A stretch of DNA of 64,000 nt from Heptranchias perlo (Eukaryota): assembly GCF_035084215.1 (NCBI RefSeq), contig NW_027139436.1, forward strand, positions 1 through 64,000. Direction: 5' to 3'. Position 1 is the first letter of the stretch. Every line of letters begins with the position of its first letter. Position numbers and translations under genes: made by a program. The notes under the pieces are model-generated. The model made no database searches. It had not been told where the DNA came from and saw only the letters and a list, made by a program, of their open reading frames with translations. Shown here one piece after another: positions 11,911-23,152 of this stretch.

Positions 11911-12391
11911 GCGGAACTTGTAAATCGGAAGGAGTCACCAGGTTCAGCATTGAGCAGCTCCGCTCAATGAGACAATCTCTTGTGATTGGTGATGTGAGGG
12001 AGTGAGGGGCTGAATGGGATGGGAAAGCCTGTGATTCACGGCTCACTGGGATGGAATAAGGGGGAAGTGATCCAGTGAGGGTCAGTGGGCAAATGTGAAG
12101 GGGTCTTCCAGCCTCATTGATCCAGGGCCCTCTGTCATTGTGAGACCATTAACTCTACTTTCCCACAGGATCGTTTCATTCTCAAGAGTTACGGCCCAGC
12201 TGAGATTTACTTTGGGTGCTGACAGACAGACGTTTAACTGGACCATTGGTCCAGAAAAGTCACCAATGCCCAGACACGCCTCTCCTGTTATTCAGCCTCA
12301 CACATCCACACCTGGTCGAGCAGCACTGGGGTGCCTGAGCACGGGGACCCCTCAAACAGGGACCCCCACCCCACCACCTAACACGGGTGCC

Positions 12392-12730
12392 AGCTGTGGC
12401 TCAGTGGGTAGCACGCTCGTCTCTGAGTCCGAAGGTTGGGGGTTCCAGTCCCACTCCAGGGACTTGAGTCCATAATCCAGGCCGACACTCCCCGGTGCCA
12501 GTACCGAGGGAGTGCTGCACTGTCGGAGGTGCCGTCTTTGGGGTGAGACGTTAAACGGAGGCCCCTCAGGTGGATGTAAAATATCCCACGGCCACTATTG
12601 GAAGAAGAGCGGGGGAGTTCTCCCCGGTGTCCTGAGCCAATATTTATCCCTCAACCAACATCACTAAAATACAGATGATCTGGTCATTATCACATTGCTG
12701 TTTGTGGGAACTCGCTGGGTGCAAATTGGG
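12392..12730 (+). mobile_element. tRNA-derived SINE, 3'-truncated
   Basis: A box TGGCTCAGTGG, B-box-like GGTTCCAGTCC, core GAGGGAGTGCTGCACTGTCGGAGGTGCCGTC. Confidence 0.8.
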
Positions 12731-12999
12731 ATTGGTGGACCGAGAAAGACCAAGGGCCGTCTGGTTCCCCTTCTCCCACCCTGGTCGCCGTGTGATACGA
12801 TGATAATGGAGTTGTTGACTAATCAGAGCAATCGATCTCCATCAATTAGTCTCCAACAGACCCAGACATGAGGTGAGGAAAACCCCCAGTGGTGGAGAGC
12901 TTTGGGGAGCCATTGGTCCAAAGTCACCTGTTCCTCCCGAGCCCTGTTCCACTTCCCGCACCTCATGTCCCCAAATTACTCGGAGACTCTCTCCCCAAA
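12731..12999. repeat. 269-bp dispersed repeat, copy A (apparently identical to 26184-26452)
   Basis: Same sequence and orientation by eye; both copies give the same spurious ORF (RKTPSGGELWGAIGPK...). Confidence 0.9.
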
Positions 13000-13046
13000 C
13001 AACACCCACAATGAAGACCCGGAAATCCAAACCTTTTCCCATCTCC

Positions 13047-13052
13047 TTTATT
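13047..13052 (-). terminator. Poly(A) signal of the long secretory IgW mRNA
   Basis: AATAAA on the minus strand ~335 nt after the CH6-tail stop, followed by GT-rich sequence. Confidence 0.7.
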
Positions 13053-13387
13053 GATATTGGATTGGTACATTGACATTTTACAACAGGCATTTAACCCTTC
13101 GTGAGGGTCTCACACAGGTTTCAAACTCAGTCAAACGAGGCACAAAAAAGGTTTTCAGGAGGGAGTCCAGACCTTGTGAGATTTGGAGCCAATAATGTTT
13201 GTGTCCTGATTCGATCATTTCGATATTTTTCTCAATTACTGAACAAGGTCTGATTTTGATGACGTTTTAAGTGTTCTGTTACCAAAAGGGAGATTTGATA
13301 GTGAGCACAAGACCCCCCGGGTGGGGTTAACGGTACATTTACAGGGATTATTTTCGATCTGAAGGTCACTCATTGAATCATTCGATG

Positions 13388-13773
13388 TTAGAAACAGGAT
13401 TTCAAGCTATCGGCTAGAACAAGTGAGATGTTCACCAGGGTGGGTTTGCTGTGAGATTTATTGATGCTTCTGAACAGATTGGTTGTGAGCGACTCGTGTC
13501 CCACCACACAGGAGAAAGTGGTGCTGCTGTTCCACTCCTCTGCGGGGACCGTCAACCGGCTGCCCGCCGAGTTCCAGCCCCTTCCGCTGTCCTCGGTCAC
13601 CGGCTGGTTCACGAAGCCCGACTTCAGAAGGGTGTCGTTGGCCATCCAGGCCACGTAGATCTCTGCGGGGGAGAATCGGGTGACCAGACACACCAGGGTC
13701 GCCGTCTGATCCGTCTCCATCTCGTCCGGTGAAGGGGGGAGGATGTAGACTTGAGGGCGAGTCTGCGCGTCCA
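13388..13773 (-). CDS. IgW: IgW CH6 plus contiguous secretory tailpiece
   Basis: TTTCCAG|TG. C1-set domain (PQVYILPP..ATLVCLV..W..FSCVVGHESL) followed by SKPTLVNISLVLADSLKSCF*, with an N-x-S sequon and penultimate Cys as in IgM-type tailpieces. Confidence 0.95.
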
Positions 13774-14084
13774 CTGGAAACAGAGACAACCTTGGTTAGA
13801 CTGAGTCTTTCACCCATCCTGGATTTACCTGAGACGTTCTACTCTTACACAAACCCTGGGCACCTTTTACATCCCCAGAGACCCCCGTCTATCTCGGAAA
13901 CTAAAGGCATTTCTCCGTTTGTTTATTGTTGGGGGGAGGGAGAGGAGGAATCTTCAATCTTGCTGATTTTATAACCTCCAGTGAGGTTAGTGTGTCCCGT
14001 TTAAACATATGGAGCCAGTGAACAACTGGAACTCTGCAGAAAGAGAGTCCGACTGGTTAAGGGGACGGGCTGCTCTTCCAATGA

Positions 14085-14460
14085 TAGATTTAATAGCGGG
14101 GTTCGAAATCATGGGGGGTTTTGAGAGAGTAAATCAGGAGAAACTGTTTCCAGTGACAGGAGGGTCGGGAACCAGAGGACACAGATTGAAGAGAATTGGT
14201 GAAAGAACCAGAGGGGGAGATGAGGAGAATTTTTGACGCAGTGAGTTGTTCCAATCTGGAATTCACTGCCTGAAAGGGCGGTGGGAGGAGATTCAATAAT
14301 AACTTTCAAAAGGGAATTGGATCAATATTTAAAAAGGAGAAAATTTGCAGGGCTCTGGGGAAAGAGCGGGGGAGTGGGATTAATTGGATAGTTCTTTCAA
14401 AGAGCTGGCACAGGCATGATGGGCCGAGTGGCCTCCTTCTGTGCCGTATGATTCTACGAG
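14085..14460 (+). mobile_element. CR1-clade LINE 3' fragment
   Basis: Degenerate ...FEIMGGFERVNQEKLFP..GTRGH.L.. motif plus the family 3' UTR; homologous to 22340-22755 and 42735-43505. Confidence 0.8.
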
Positions 14461-14489
14461 AAACACCAGACATAAATCCATTTCCCACC

Positions 14490-16530
14490 GTCAGACGGTA
14501 ATAAATCACTCCTCTGTACGAGACAGCTTCCCCCAAGACAGTAATAAATCACTCCCCTGTACTAGACAGCTTCCCCCTAGACAGTAATAAATCACTCCCC
14601 TGTACTAGACAGATTCCCCCCAGACAGTAATAAATCACTCCCCTGTACTAGACAGCTTCCCCCTCGACAGTAATAAATCACTCCCCTGTACTGGACAGCT
14701 TCCCTCGAGACAGTAATAAATCACTCCCCTGTACTAGACAGCTTCCCTCGAGACAGTAATAAATCACTCCCCTGTACTAGACAGCTTCCCTCGAGACAGT
14801 AATAAATCACTCCCCTGTACTAGACAGCTTCCCCCTCGACAGTAATAAATCACTCCCCTGTACTGGACAGCTTCCCTCGAGACAGTAATAAATCACTCCC
14901 CTGTACTAGACAGCTTCCCTCGAGACAGTAATAAATCACTCCCCTGTACTAGACAGCTTCCCTCGAGACAGTAATAAATCACTCCCCTGTACTAGACAGC
15001 TTCCCTCGAGACAGTAATAAATCACTCCCCTGTACTAGACAGCTTCCCCCGAGACAGTAATAAATCACTCCCCTGTACTAGACAGCTTCCCCCGAGACAG
15101 TAATAAATCACTCCTCTGTACGAGACAGCTTCCCCCAAGACAGTAATAAATCACTCCCCTGTACTAGACAGCTTCCCCCTAGACAGTAATAAATCACTCC
15201 CCTGTACTCGACAGATTCCCCCCAGACAGTAATAAATCACTCCCCTGTACTAGACAGCTTCCCCCTCGACAGTAATAAATCACTCCCCTGTACTGGACAG
15301 CTTCCCTCGAGACAGTAATAAATCACTCCCCTGTACTAGACAGCTTCCCCCGAGACAGTAATAAATCACTCCCCTGTACTGGACAGCTTCCCTCGAGACA
15401 GCAATAAATCACTCCCCTGTACTAGACAGCTTCCCCCGAGACAGTAATAAATCACTCCCCTGTACTAGACAGCTTCCCCCCAGACAGCAATAAATCACTC
15501 CCCTGTACTAGACAGCTTCCCCCGAGACAGCAATAAATCACTCCCCTGTACTAGACAGCTTCCCCCGAGACAGTAATAAATCACTCCCCTGTACTAGACA
15601 GCTTCCCCCCAGACAGTAATAAATCACTCCCCTGTACTAGACAGCTTCCCCCTCGACAGTAATAAATCACTCCCCTGTACTAGACAGCTTCCCCCTCGAC
15701 AGTAATAAATCACTCCCCTGTACGAGACAGCTTCCCCCCAGACAGTAATAAATCACTCCCCTGTACTAGACAGCTTCCCTCGAGACAGTAATAAATCACT
15801 CCCCTGTACTAGACAGCTTCCCCCTCGACAGTAATAAATCACTCCCCTGTACTAGACAGCTTCCCCCTAGACAGTAATAAATCACTCCCCTGTACTCGAC
15901 AGCTTCCCCCTAGACAGTAATAAATCACTCCCCTGTACTAGACAGCTTCCCTCGAGACAGTAATAAATCACTCCCCTGTATTGGACAGCTTCCCCCTGGA
16001 CAGTAATAAATCACTCCCCTGTACTAGACAGCTTCCCCCTAGACAGTAATAAATCACTCCCCTGTACTCGACAGCTTCCCCCTGGACAGTAATAAATCAC
16101 TCCCCTGTACTAGACAGCTTCCCTCGAGACAGTAATAAATCACTCCTCTGTACTCGACAGCTTCCCCCTAGACAGTAATAAATCACTCCCCTGTACTCGA
16201 CAGCTTCCCCCTAGACAGTAATAAATCACTCCCCTGTACTCGACAGCTTCCCCCTAGACAGTAATAAATCACTCCCCTGTACTCGACAGCTTCCCCCTAG
16301 ACAGTAATAAATCACTCCCCTGTACTCGACAGCTTCCCCCTAGACAGTAATAAATCACTCCCCTGTACTAGACAGCTTCCCTCGAGACAGTAATAAATCA
16401 CTCCCCTGTATTGGACAGCTTCCCCCTGGACAGTAATAAATCACTCCCCTGTACTAGACAGCTTCCCCCTCGACAGTAATAAATCACTCCCCTGTACTGG
16501 ACAGCTTCCCCCCAGACGGTAATAAATCCC
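14490..16530 (+). repeat. 42-43 bp minisatellite in the CH5-CH6 intron
   Basis: AGACAGTAATAAATCACTCCCCTGTACTAGACAGCTTCCC.., about 48 copies. Confidence 0.95.
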
Positions 16531-16576
16531 TTCATTTGCTAAGATCAGACTCACACCGAGCTCTGTCCACACCTAC

Positions 16577-16897
16577 CTTGCATCTTCTTGATCGCCCTCT
16601 TCTCCGGCGTTGGCAAACTCTCGTCCTCCACCAAACACAAATACTCGACCCCACTCTCCCACTCTGCGGCGGGGACCGTCAGTCTGCTGGAGATCCTTTC
16701 TTTATCTCCATTCCTCTCGGGCCCCTGAGTCTTCACCCCATCTTCTCGCTCCTTTCCGTCCACCTGCCAGGTTACCCTCACCCCCTCTAAATCACCGTGA
16801 AGCACCTCACAAATAATGGTTGCCGTCCTGTTCCTCCAGATCTCTTCGAAGGAAGGTTTGCTTAAGGTGACTGAGATGCCGGTGTCCAAACATTGAT
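16577..16897 (-). CDS. IgW: IgW CH5 exon
   Basis: CCCAG|AT...CAAG|GTAGG, phase 1-1. (D)QCLDTGISVTLSKPSFEEIW..ATIICEV..W..EWESGVEYLC. Confidence 0.95.
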
Positions 16898-16934
16898 CTG
16901 GGAGAAATATTATCATTATTATTTCATGATTCCC

Positions 16935-17240
16935 TCATGGGATGTGGGCGTCGCTGGCAAGGCCGCCATGTCTTGCTCATCTCCAGAGATACAACTGAGT
17001 GGCTTGCTGGGCCCCTTCAGAGGGCAATTCAGAGTCGACCACTTTGGTGTGAGACGGGAGTCACGTGTAGGCCAGACAGGGGAAGGACGGCAGGTTTCCT
17101 TCCCCAAAGGGACGTTAACGAACCAGTTGGGTTTTTCCTGGTTCACGCTCACTTTTACTGAGACCAACTTTTCATTTCCAGTTTTCACTTTTCAAACTGA
17201 TTTCAAATTCTCCAACTGCCCTGGTGGGATTTGAACTCAG
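16935..17240 (-). mobile_element. Second SINE-like family (other copies ~23640-23890, ~32580-32770, ~38870-39220)
   Basis: Shared motif AAAACCCAACTGGTTC...GGGAAGGAAACCTGCC..TCTGGCCTACACGTGACTCC. Confidence 0.65.
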
Positions 17241-17267
17241 TTCTGTGGATTATTAACTGTAAGTGTC

Positions 17268-17738
17268 AGCCTTGGCTCAGTGGGTCGGACCCTCGCCTCT
17301 GTGGTCAGAAGGTTGTGGGCCCAGAGCCCCACTCCAGAGACTTGAGCCCATAACCCAGGCCGACAATCCCCGGTGCCAGTACTGAGGGAGTGCTGCACTG
17401 TCGGAGGTGCCGTCTCTCGGCTGAGACATTAAACCCAGGCCCCGTCCGCCCCTCTCAGGTGGATCGAAAAGATCCCATGGCACTATTTCGAAGAAGAGCT
17501 GGGGAGCTCTCCCTGGTGTTCTGGGGCCAATATTTATCCCTCAACCAACAGCACTAAAACAGATGATCTGGTCATTATCACGTTGCTGTTTGTGGGATCT
17601 TGCTGTGCGCAAATTGGCTCCCGCGTTCCCTGCATTACAACAGTGACTAAAAGAAAGGACTTCATTGGCTGCAAAGCGCTTTGGGACGTCCTGAGGTTGT
17701 GAAAGGCGCTACATAAATGCAAGTGTTTCTTTCTTTCT
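17268..17738 (+). mobile_element. Full-length tRNA-derived SINE with L2-type 3' tail
   Basis: A box, conserved core, and tail ...GAAAGGCGCTACATAAATGCAAG..(TTTC)n shared with the LINE end at ~19540-19600. Confidence 0.85.
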
Positions 17739-17887
17739 TCGCCCAGGCCTCTGGATTACTGGTCCCGTCACATTAACCACTCCGTTCCCATATCTATGGC
17801 GTCAGTGTTGAACTTGTCTGGCCCAAGTAGAGTTTATAGCAGTGGGGACAAAGGATGTCAATATTGGAGTCAGGCCCAGGACCTTAC

Positions 17888-18205
17888 CTTGAACGTCCTT
17901 CACCTCCTGGCTGGTGGTGGAGTTGGTGGGTGGATGAGACACTGTACAGGTGAAGACTGAGCCTTTCTTCCACTCCTCTGTACTCACGGTCAGGTAGTGC
18001 CTGGCGCTGAAAGTCCTCGCCTGTTCCAGGGCGGTGGGTGCAGCGCTGGTGTTGGAGGAGATCGGGGAGCCGTCTTTCTCCCAGGAGACGTGTATGAGGT
18101 CCGGGTAGAATCCCGTGATCATACACTCGAGTGTGGCCGTGTTCTTACTCTTGGTCTCTTGGGCTGGTGGAGGCAGCAGTCTGACCGTGGGACTCTTGGG
18201 CTCGA
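17888..18205 (-). CDS. IgW: IgW CH4 exon
   Basis: TCCAG|TC...CAAG|GTAAGG, phase 1-1. PTVRLLPP..ATLECMITGFYPD..VSW..FTCTVSH. Confidence 0.95.
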
Positions 18206-18296
18206 CTGGAACAGACGGGCAAACAAAGAAAGTGTTAAACTCCTTTCCCCTCAAGGTTATCAAAGGCAGGCCTTTAATTTCTGATCTCTTGCCCAC

Positions 18297-18599
18297 CTTT
18301 TGCACTTCTTGTCCGTTTGGACACGGGCGAGGATGAGGAAGGACCTTGGGCAGAGCACACGTACTCTACCCCACTGGCCCACTCCATCGCGCTGGTTCGG
18401 AGTCGGCTGACGACCGTGCGTTGGGACCCTTCCTCTCTCGGCCCCTGGGTCACAATCCCTTCACTTCTCTCCTTCCCGTTCACCTCCCAGGAGATCTGGA
18501 CCTGGCTCGGATCGGCACAGACCACCTCGCACACCAGGGTAGCAGTGTTGTTGATCCAAACCTCTTCAATAGAAGGATTTCGGATAAAGACAGACATTC
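18297..18599 (-). CDS. IgW: IgW CH3 exon
   Basis: TTCCCAG|GA...AAAG|GTGGG, phase 1-1, 91-nt intron to CH4. SVFIRNPSIEEVW..ATLVCEV..W..EWASGVEYVC. Confidence 0.95.
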
Positions 18600-19199
18600 C
18601 TGGGAATGAGAAAGGGGAAACCTTCAGAAGAATGGACAATATCTGGTGTCAAGGGGCTTCAGAATTTTAGGAGAGCCTTTTCTATTGGTGATCAGTGATG
18701 GAAGGTCAAGACAGAAGTGACTGTAAACAGTTTTAACCTGAGTCCTTTTTAACCTGTAATATCTTGGGCTGTTATTGGATCAAACTGTACTGGAGCTAAA
18801 TTTGCAGCAAATCGAACATTAGCAAATCCCAGGGTTGTTTAAAATATATCTTGCATTTCTTGGTTTGCATGTTTTGACCGAGAAAACAGAATCAAAGCAT
18901 CAAGAACTGTCGGGATGCGATTTTAATGCGTTTCCCGTAACCGTGCCCACTGGATCCACAATGGGGACTGCGATTGAGTTGCGGGGCTGAGCGACATTTA
19001 GTTCCAGTGATGTTAATAAAATGCAATCTCAGGTTTGTGGGATGGAGCGAGAGAGAGATGCAGACTGGTTAGCAAAAGAAACAATTGGATAAAAGCTTGT
19101 TTGCTCAGACACCTGGTGTGAGCTGTGGATTGATTTGTGACACTGAGCACACTGAGTCAATGAGGACCCCTCTTCTCCACTCGGAGTGAGCCCCGGGAT

Positions 19200-19600
19200 T
19201 GCCTCGATTTTAAAATTCTTTCCTCCTGTTCCAATCCCCCCTCCATGGCCTCGCCCCCCGCCTCCCGATCTCTGTGACCTTCTCCAGCCCTACAACCCTC
19301 CGAGATCTCTGCCTTCCTCCAACTCTGGGCTTTTGGACATGGCCCACTCCCTCCGCCCCACTATTGGCGGCCGTGCCTTCAGCCGTCTAGGCCCCAATCT
19401 CTGGAATTCCCTCCCTGAACCTCAACGATTTGCCTCCTCTCTCTCGTCCTTTAAGACCCTCCTTAAAACCTGCCCCTTTGACCTGTCCTAATATCTCCTT
19501 CTTTGGCTCAATGTCAATTTCTGTCTGATTACGCTCCTGTGAAGCCCCTTGGGACGTTTTGCTCCATTAAAGGCGCTATATAAATGCAGGGTGTTGTTGT
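19200..19600 (+). mobile_element. L2-clade LINE 3' end
   Basis: ...RPTIGGRAFSRLGPNLWNSLP...SFKTLLKT, then a tail ending AAAGGCGCTATATAAATGCAG. Confidence 0.75.
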
Positions 19601-20189
19601 TCATGACTCCCTGTCAAGGAAGAACGTTAGTTTGTAACGGCAGAGCAACCCATGAATCAGAGGAGGTGACAGAAGGTCCCCCCTCTTGCTACTGGTTGGG
19701 GATCTTTTCTCCATAACCTGTACTTCCTCCCCGTTTCATGTCCCTGAGTCATTGGACGAGGAAGAGGAGGATTTATCGAATTCTTCACCCATTATCTCCA
19801 TTGCCACTCGTCTCCCAAAGGACCAACCTCACGTCAGAGATCCCACAGCTCTCCGTGTGTTCAGTGCACGATTAACACACACACTCACTGTGCAAATCAC
19901 AACTAAGCTGTCTGCTTTGGTCCACAGCAGCTGTTCTACCGTGATATAATGTGAAGTTAACACTTGGGGAGGGACGACGATCTTTGTGTCAGGATCAAAA
20001 CCTTTAATGAACAACTCGAATCAATTGCTCCGTCTGCAGTTGGAGCCGATGTTCAGCAGACCGTGTCTGCCTGAGAGGACCGTGCCTTTTATTAAATTAA
20101 GATGTTATCTCCCCCTTCTGTTTGAACAAAATGGTCAGCAACTTCCTTCCAAAATTTGGGATTGGTCACATTAAAGCTTCTCACCGTAT

Positions 20190-20600
20190 CTAGTCAATGA
20201 TTTGTAAACTTAGGTTTAATATACACCGTTTATAGTCAATGATTTGTAAACTTAGGTTTAATATACACCGTTTATAGTCAATGATTTGTAAACTTAGGTT
20301 TAATATACACCGTTTATAGTCAATGATTTGTAAACTTAGGTTTAATATACACCGTTTATAGTCAATGATTTGTAAACTTAGGTTTAATATACACCGTTTA
20401 TAGTCAATGATTTGTAAACTTAGGTTTAATATACACCGTTTATAGTCATTGATTTGTGAACTTTGGTTTAATATACACTGTTTATAGTCAATGATTTGTA
20501 AACTTAGGTTTAATATACACCGTTTATAGTCAATGATTTGTAAACTTAGTTTTAATATACACCGTTTATCGTCAATGATTTGTAAATTTACATTTAATCT
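20190..20600 (+). repeat. 42-bp AT-rich minisatellite
   Basis: TAGTCAATGATTTGTAAACTTAGGTTTAATATACACCGTTTA, about 10 copies. Confidence 0.95.
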
Positions 20601-20966
20601 ACACTCTGCTGACATTAATTATTGCAGTTTTTGTAAGGTGCTCAGCCCAGCCCTACATTGGTGACCGAGTCTCGAGGTTTAACAGTCCCTGGTGATGGGT
20701 GGTCTCCCATCATAAAACCTCACAGGGTCGGGTGAATTCCCCTTATTATTGTAAAATGCTGATATTGAGTGACAGGAGGTTAATTCTGTTTACCCCGTGC
20801 CGGGGGGGGGGAATTAAAAAGAAACACTTTCCCCCCTCTCTCTGCATCTCCGACAAAGATGCTGGCTCTCCGATACACTTTCATCCCCACGGACACCCTG
20901 GGCAGGATTTGAACCCCCCAAACGGGTTTGTAATGAAATCCAACGGCCAATTCAATTCACAACCAA

Positions 20967-21097
20967 TCATTTTATTGTGCACATTTGATGGCGACATTGA
21001 TATTCGCGCTCGGTCCCATCGGCGAGCATCATATTAAGCTGAGTCTGTTGGATGAATCTCGGCATACACCCAGAACAAGAACAAGTGGAGTTCCCAC
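20967..21097 (-). CDS. IgW: Cys-rich secretory-tail exon of short (two-C-domain) IgW
   Basis: Acceptor CTTCCATTTCCAG|GT in phase 1 with the CH2 donor. Reads (G)GNSTCSCSGCMPRFIQQTQLNMMLADGTEREYQCRHQMCTIK*; AATAAA (20971-20976) overlaps the last codons. Confidence 0.8.
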
Positions 21098-21680
21098 CTG
21101 GAAATGGAAGAGTTGCAGATTTAAGTGTTAAACATTCTCATCTCCCCCTCCCCTGTGCTGGGAAAGTGGGAGCTCCACACGGGCCCCTGAACTCTGCTCC
21201 GTCCTGAGTTTTTCGGCTGCGAAAGTCTCTCGATCATGGAGACCACCACAAGCTGTTTCACCGTGTCCAGAACAGGAGAACCAGAGGACACGGCCTGCGC
21301 TCGAAGTGGGGGGAGCGGGAGGGCACGGGGAGGGTCAATTGGGAACCAATATTTCAGTGAGTGAGTGGTCAATCTATGGAACAGGCTCCCGAGGGAGACG
21401 GTGGGAGCGGAGAGTAAAATCGGGCAAGTGGGTAAATCGGGGAGAGGGGGGGGTCGACCCAATCCAGGCAGTTTCCCCGCCCCGTGCGTCAGGTTAAATT
21501 TACCCCCTTTTAAATGTGGGTTCAATATCAAAACACACAAGACTGAAAATCTCGCCTCTCCCAACGAGGTGGATATTAGGGCCAGTGGTTAACAGATTGA
21601 AGGCCAGGGGTCAGCGCATTCAGTTAATATAAGGTGGAATTCCCCACAGGACGTCCTTTTCCCCCTCAGACACCACTTAC

Positions 21681-21986
21681 CCCCTCGATACCACATGCTG
21701 ATCCTCCCATTGAAGTTCGAAGGTGCGTGGGTCACTTCACAAGTGTAGACATCCCTTTCGGTCCATTCCACCGTCGGCACCGTCAGGAAAGTGACCGTTT
21801 CGAAGTCACCGTCTTTTCTCGTGTTTGAAGGGAGAACAACAGCCTCTTGCTGCACTCCGGCTTTCCTCCAGGAAACCTTCACAGCGTCGGGATAGAATTC
21901 CGATATTACACAGCCCAGGACAGCAGTGGTTTGATTGTAGACAACCTCCAGGGATGGAACAAGGGAGATGAGCTTTGGAGCTTGAG
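21681..21986 (-). CDS. IgW: IgW CH2 exon
   Basis: CTTCCAG|CT...GGGG|GTAAGT, phase 1-1. APKLISLVPS..AVLGCVISEFYPD.VKVSW..YTCEVTH. Confidence 0.95.
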
Positions 21987-22339
21987 CTGGAAGACATTGG
22001 AATATTTCAGATGAGGAGATTGTTTTGGCCACAGTGAAGGTGGACTCCATTCCCCAAGTTGGAACCCCGTCATCCTCTCCCCTCGATACTCAGTCCCATT
22101 GACTTTAATGGAACTGATTATCGGGCGTGTCGTATAACGGGCGGCAAATGCGATCCCGCCGATTTTGCGTTCCCCGCCCGTGTCCAATCTCACGTGATTT
22201 CTCGTTGTCCTTTATTTCATTCCCATCAGCACCGCTGGCCGACAGGGATAGAATATATGGGCACGAGAATTCAGGCAGGTTCTATTGTGCAACGACCTGT
22301 GACATTGGTTGGGGGGAAATTACGTGGAGAGACCGGAGA

Positions 22340-22755
22340 AACTGGGGTTGTTCTCCTTGGAGCAGAGAAGGTCAAGGGGAGATTTGAGAGAGGTGTTCAA
22401 AATCATGAAGGGTTCGGATAAAGTAAATAAAGAGAAAACTGTTCCCATCGGCGGGAGGGTCGGTAACCAGAGGACGCAGATTTAAGGTGATCGGCAAAAG
22501 AACCAAAGGGGACGTGGGGAAAATCTTTTTGAGGCAGCGAGTGGTTCTGATCTGGAATGCGCTGCCTGACGGAGAAGGTGGATTTAATCGTGGCTTTCAA
22601 AAAGGAATTGGATAAATACTTGAAGGGAAAAAATTAGCAGGGCTCCGGGGAAAGAGCGGGGGAGAGTGGGACTAACTGGATCGCTCTTACAAAGAGCTGG
22701 CACGGGCTCGACGGGCCGAATGGCCTCCTTCTGTGATGTAACCGATCTGTGATTC
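22340..22755 (+). mobile_element. CR1-clade LINE 3' fragment
   Basis: Homologous to 43105-43505. Confidence 0.8.
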
Positions 22756-22825
22756 GAAGTTTCCTTGTCCAATTTCACCCCGACACCAGTGCAGTTTTAA
22801 ATGGTAAATAATATCTTGTACTCAC

Positions 22826-23152
22826 GTTTCGGTTCAGGTTTTTTGGGGATGATCTGAGCTTCCACCATCTCGTCCGACTTGAATCCCGCCTTGCAAGCGT
22901 AGAAGCTTTTGGTTTTCCAATCTGAGGCAGAGACTTTGAGCACAACGCTCATTGTGTACTTCATGTTTTGCCCCAAGGCTGCCGGATATTTCTTGATTCC
23001 GGTGGAGATGTCTCCACTGTCAGTGGACCATATCTGACTGATGCTCTCGGGCCGAAAGTCCTTGACCAGACACAGGAGGCTGATCTCATCTTGGTCGGAG
23101 CTCGTGCCGCAGTAAGGGTTGGCGATGTAGACGGAGGGTGCGGACTGGACAT
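22826..23152 (-). CDS. IgW: IgW CH1 exon
   Basis: CCTTTCAG|AT...AAAC|GTGAGT, phase 1-1. APSVYIANPYC (light-chain-pairing Cys position)..SLLCLVKDFRPE..W..FYACKAG. Confidence 0.95.

Noticed and set aside
12392-12470. tRNA gene
   Set aside because: The A/B boxes belong to a SINE head that continues into the SINE core; no full cloverleaf.
13388-23152. Assignment as IgM or IgNAR
   Set aside because: Six CH exons, a CH1 with light-chain Cys, two D segments and a conventional VH with CDR2 and GLEW motif fit IgW only.
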